NCBI RefSeq assembly: GCF_000315625.1
Contig: NW_005434600.1
Location: 291,150 to 355,149 of the forward strand
Direction: 5' to 3'
Length of the DNA: 64,000 nucleotides
From: Guillardia theta CCMP2712
Lineage: Eukaryota; Protista; Cryptophyta
A model generated the notes under the pieces. The model searched no databases, was not told where the DNA came from, and saw nothing but the letters and a program-made list of their open reading frames with translations. The number at the start of each line of letters is the position of its first letter. Positions within the stretch are counted from its first letter, which is position 1. Positions 59,194 to 64,000 of the stretch are shown in pieces. Made by a program: the position numbers and the translations under genes.

Positions 59194-62100
59194 ATCACCA
59201 GAGTGAAGATGTTTGTCTACTTGACATGTCCAACATTGAGCTCGATCTTTCAACCTGCAACTTAGTCTTGAGAGCTTCCAAGTGCTCAACGACTGACGAT
59301 AGTCTTTCAAATTCCTCCTCCTGCCCACCGGAGCAAAGCTCTCATCAGGTCCGAAATGAAAACGCACACAACGATTCACCTGGGGAAGAGGAGGAAGGGG
59401 TGGGGAGAACGGTCTTGACCGCATGACTGGAGACATGTTCAGTTGCGAAGTTGTCGGAGAACTTCAACTTTTACAATCACTGACTGCCGTCCCGTTCGTC
59501 ATTATCGACATCTTGGAAGTTTGTCATATTGTTTGCAGTAGGAACAGGTTCCAACCTCGTTGTGATCGAAAACGTCGGACAAAACATCTCGATTTGCTGG
59601 GTATCGGCGGACGCTGCAAACACACGAGTTTTCCCACCATCACAATCATCAGACCAGCAGGAAAGAGATCACCCAAACTGTCTTCTACTCTCCATCAGTC
59701 GATTCTTGAGATCTTCGATTAACTTGTCCTTCTCGATAACGATCTGAGAGATTTCAACATCGAGCAAGAAAACAGGCAGCAGCAACAGTTCTCGTCTCGC
59801 TCTTCGCCCTCTCCAGCTCATATTGTGCCTGGTCCATCATTGCCTGATGCTAAGACATGTCAGGTTGTGTTGTCTTGCAGTTGAGAAGCGAACTTGTAGA
59901 GTTTGTCGCATCAGAGCATCTGATACTGCATGTTTGAGCTCCTCTGACATCTTCATTCGTCAATTGAAACGATCAAAGTCAGATGGCAACACGTTGCAAA
60001 CAGAATCGAAAGTAAGAAAGATGAAATCTATCACCCTAACCCACTCTCCAACTTTCCTGTCCTCCTCTCTCCTCCTCCTCCTCCTCCTCCTCCTCCTCCT
60101 CCTCCTCCTCCTATCCTCTCCTCTCCTCTCCTCTCCTCTCCTCTCCTCTCCTCTCCTCTCCTCTCCTCTCCTCTCCTCTCCTTGCCTCTCCTCTCCTCTC
60201 CTCTCCTCTCCTCCTTTTCTCCTCTCTCACCCACTCCTCTCTTCTCCTCCTGGCTCTCCANNNNNNNNNNNNNNNNNNNNNNNNNNNNNNNNNNNNNNNN
60301 NNNNNNNNNNNNNNNNNNNNNNNNNNNNNNNNNNNNNNNNNNNNNNNNNNNNNNNNNNNNTGGGTAGACAGGAACGACATCTAGAACGAACAGACGTGTC
60401 ATCGTTGAAGCATCATGAGTCATCCCTGACATCCTTCTGCCTCATAGTCTCGATCATCGTCTCGATCTGTCTTGAACATTTCACTCGCTGCTCCTCGCAG
60501 TTCTCAAGTTGACTTGTCAACGCTTTGACCTGAAAAAGACGAATGTTTTACAGCAACGCTTTGTCGTGAAAGAATTTGCCTGCTGCTGCTCTGATCGTAA
60601 AACGATTTCATCCCTGGCGTGTTGCCATGTACAGAAACAACTCTTCTTCATGCTCATCACAAGTTTGTTCTGCAACAACCATCCTTTCTTGATCAACATT
60701 CTTGAACGAGATGTTCTGAAGCTCCAAACAGAAATGACATGCCAACTAGCGAACTTCCGTCGTGAAGAGATCAGTCTGCAGAGCCTGCGTGAGGACAACG
60801 ATCAGCGACGTCGATGATGTCAAAATGTACAACATGTCAAAGTGTACAACACCTGATCCTTTCGCTCCTTGCCTTCGTTGCAAACCATCGAAGCTTGCAG
60901 AATGAAAGCAGAGATGCTCTTCTTTCACTCCTCAACACCTTTCTCTTCACTCGCACTTCTGTCCTCCAACAACGAAAGAACACAAAAAGTTGAGCAGAGA
61001 GTTGAAGTCTCTTGCCTGTCCCTCTGAACCCGTGCAAGCTCCTCATACCAATCAGCCGCTGTGAATGAGACCTCGGGACGAGGCAGCAAAGATCTCGCAA
61101 CCGAGACATGCGGCAGAGGTTGTGATGAAACATCTGAGATGAGTCAGAGATGAAGAGGGTAAAGAGAGTGTTTGACCTGAAACATGAAAGCAAGGCGGAG
61201 ATGACGGACATGATGAGTCAGTGACGAAGAAAAAAACTTGTTCTTCAATCTCTCTGCGCAAACAAATCTCAACGTTGCGCAAGGAAGCAAGAATCGACAA
61301 GAAAAACAAAGATAGACAAACAAGGGTTTTCCAAGGAGAGCAATACTGACTTCTCACGCAGAAACTCAACAGGTGCTGGAATGTTTGCCGCTTTGTGATC
61401 AGCTCAACGATGCATCTGTTCACTTTGACAACCACTTGCTGTTTCTGCGAAGAAGTGCTGAATGCAATAATGTGATAGGACCGCAACAACCTGCCTGAAA
61501 CTTCAACCTCGCACCCTCCCACGTCTCCTCCGACTCTTCTCACTTGTCCAGTTTGTTTGCTGCTCTTGTCCTGCTGGTAGACGAGAGGAACATGTCGAAC
61601 AGCCTCGTTTCTCTGCCCTCGCTCATGACACGTTTCCACTCCTGCACGACCCTTCCCTTCATTCTCAGTCTTCCAGCATCCATACACGTCCACATCTCCA
61701 CCCTCAACCTCCTCCTGTTTTCAGCGGCAAGGTACCAAGTCTGCAAGATAACAATCTTCCTTCGCAACCTGACAACACACAAACAAGGATCAGACTTGCT
61801 TTTCAGAGACATTCCCTCCAAACTCACATGATAGCCTGACATCTCCACATCACCTTCCAACAAGAAAAGGCTCGTTTGCAGTTGAAGCATGCGAGGTAAG
61901 ACGAAACTTTGTTCATCAGCCAAATTGTTCTTGACTCGTGCTGTCTTGCACATGACCTCCAGGATCGAAATACCAAGGCTACCACCTTGCGCGATTGGCA
62001 CCTTGCGTGGAATGTTTGCAGCTGTTTCAAACATCCAATCTTCTCACTCCTCGTCTTCTTCGCGATCTCCATGTCAAGGAACAAGCTCCCTTGCATCGCA

Positions 62101-62660
62101 CACAGTACATGTTTCCTCAGATCCGTCAGCTCCCCCGACATCTCCAGGAGAGACAACTTGTTCTCGTCCGATCTCCCTTCTACCGAACAATGCCTCTCCA
62201 CTAGCTTGCATGCCGACGAAACGCTCTCCACCATGGTCGACACCCCTGACAACGATGAGCTGTCAGAGGTGAGAGGAGGAGGAAACTTGTTGACAACAAG
62301 TGCACTAGGAGTTGAGGCGAACAGATCAGTCCTCTCAGTTCTTACCGGAGATCGCCAACTTGAGCAAACGCCTCATGTCTTGGTGCATCGACTTTAACGA
62401 ACGGCAGTCAACATCTCTCTCCCCATGGCCTGCCGGGGGCTGGAATCGGAACTTGAAAACGTCGGCTCCTCTGAAGAGATCGTCGTCTTCGAGCTCCGAC
62501 AGACTCTCTCCGCATGCCTCGTCTTCGACTGCCCCTTGATCGCTCCTCCGGCAGGTCTCAAGGATGCTTCCAGGCGTGTCTGCAAGCATGCTGAAAGTAC
62601 TACGTGCTGAACGTCATAGCAGCCCTGCCAGCATGTCAGGAACGCGATTTGACTCATGGC
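59194..62660 (-). CDS. Large hypothetical multi-exon protein, partly coiled-coil; boundaries approximate
   Basis: Chain of minus-strand exon-like ORFs (62335-62589, 61824-62252, 61540-61770; final ...EFERLSSVVEHLEALKTKLQVE...SSLW*); no recognised domain. Confidence 0.45.
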
Positions 62661-63454
62661 AGATGACTGTCTTCAACCTCGTTACTCCTCCCTCCTCCCT
62701 CCTCCCTCCTCCTCTCCTCCCTCCCTCTCCCCCCCTCCTTGACTTTGGTCGCTACGTTGACTAGCTTGCCAGAGGCCTCGGAATATCATTTATGACCCAC
62801 CCCTTTCTGATATATACCCGGTTTATATACCCTGTTATTTCATATCAAAAGTACCCGTTATGTCAATATTAGCTCCACCCCCACCCCACTTTATGAGCCG
62901 TTTGGCGCCAAAAAAATTAAGCAAAACGGCGAAGGGGAGGGGAGAGGAGGGGAAGAAGGGGAGGGGAGGGAGAGGGAGAGGGAGAGGGAGAGGGAGAGGG
63001 AGAGGGAGAGGCAGGAAGAGGGTGACTGAGAGTGAGGGGAGGGAGAGAGGACGGAGATGGGTTGGGACAGATGGCAAAGGGAGCGAATGTGTGGAGTTTG
63101 AGAGCAACAAGCTGGATCAAGTAAAACGTAACAGGGAGAGATCGGAAAGAGACAAGGAGAAGATGAGTAAGAAGAGGAATTACAGTAACATCAGGAACAT
63201 TTGATCGAGATGTCATAGTTATTGTGCGTAGCTAGACTCTTTGCCAAGGCAAGAAGAAAGTTTGGAAGACTTTGATCCAGCTTAATCGATTCAACCTTGT
63301 CTCAGCAACCTAGAACTGGAACAGAAACACAAATCAAGATCGACATGCGAGAACTCTTGACTGACTTTTGAGACCAGGAAAGTGCTCGAAATTCAACAGG
63401 TGGTACATCACCATTTCACACACACACTGCAAGGTTGCTGCGTCAAGTGTATAG

Positions 63455-64000
63455 ATGTTGGACGGGAGACGTCTGACTATTAACGAACGAGCCGCCAAGT
63501 TGTTCACATCAGCAGGCTGCGGAGACTATGCTGCGGTGCAGGAGGTTCTGGAGCAAGACAAGGATCTGCTGAGGGAAGTAGATCACGACGGGCTGTTCGC
63601 GGGATGGAACTGTTTGCACTGGTGTGCGCAGCAGGGGCATGTAGAGGTAGCGAAACTTCTCATGGACGAGGCAGAGGTGTTGGGCATCGAGAGCCCGACG
63701 CTGGTGGACATGCAGGACAAGGTGCGTGAGGGTCGTGCATGCAGGAGGACGGTGATGGGGTTGAGTGCAGGAGGGCGATACCCCTCTGCACATCGCGGTG
63801 AGCTGGGGTCATGCTGAACTCGCGCGGATGATGATCAGCCGCAATGCCGACGTGAAGATCAGGAACGACAAGAGGAAGACAGCTCTCGATCTTGCTACGG
63901 AAGGTGCGGGTGATGAGATGGGGGGTATCAGCAGCTGTGTGTTTGATCTTTCCTTGTGCAAGCAGGGTTCAGGAAGCAACTCAAAGAGTTTGCGAGGATC
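63455..64000 (+). CDS. Ankyrin-repeat protein, runs off the window end
   Basis: GWNCLHWCAQQGHVEVAKLLM; DMQDK/EGDTPLHIAVSWGHAELARMMISRNADVKIRNDKRKTALDLA across an intron at ~63722-63770. Confidence 0.88.

Overview
Intron-rich eukaryotic nuclear scaffold with N-gaps, many ~45-55 nt GT-AG introns and abundant polypurine/polypyrimidine microsatellites. Bipartite signal+'AF' plastid-targeting leaders and Zn2Cys6 and RWP-RK genes suggest an alga with a red-derived complex plastid, most likely a cryptophyte of the Guillardia/Hanusia type (inference). 1-10 kb is a transposon zone: a decayed Ty3/gypsy chromovirus with its 3' LTR, then a decayed PIF/Harbinger two-ORF unit bracketed by inverted paralogous Zn(II)2Cys6 genes. 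Host genes follow: an ESRP/Fusilli-like pseudo-exonuclease + 4 qRRM protein, a tRNA-Ile with the eukaryote-atypical GAT anticodon, a TMEM185-like RING protein, a divergent M17 aminopeptidase/thylakoid signal peptidase pair, a Cnx1-type MoeA-MogA fusion, CYP51, an RWP-RK factor, a GBP2-like RRM protein, two small locally duplicated orphan families, a signal-peptide/LRGG/Rpn13-Pru/FN3-associated fusion, a long hypothetical gene and an ankyrin protein. The most striking unexplained structure is a recurrent intergenic grammar: GC-rich palindromic-word blocks between genes, often followed by an AT-rich stretch and/or a strand-polarised TACCCC tract pointing to the next gene start. All domain calls come from motif recognition by eye; exon boundaries are manual and approximate.
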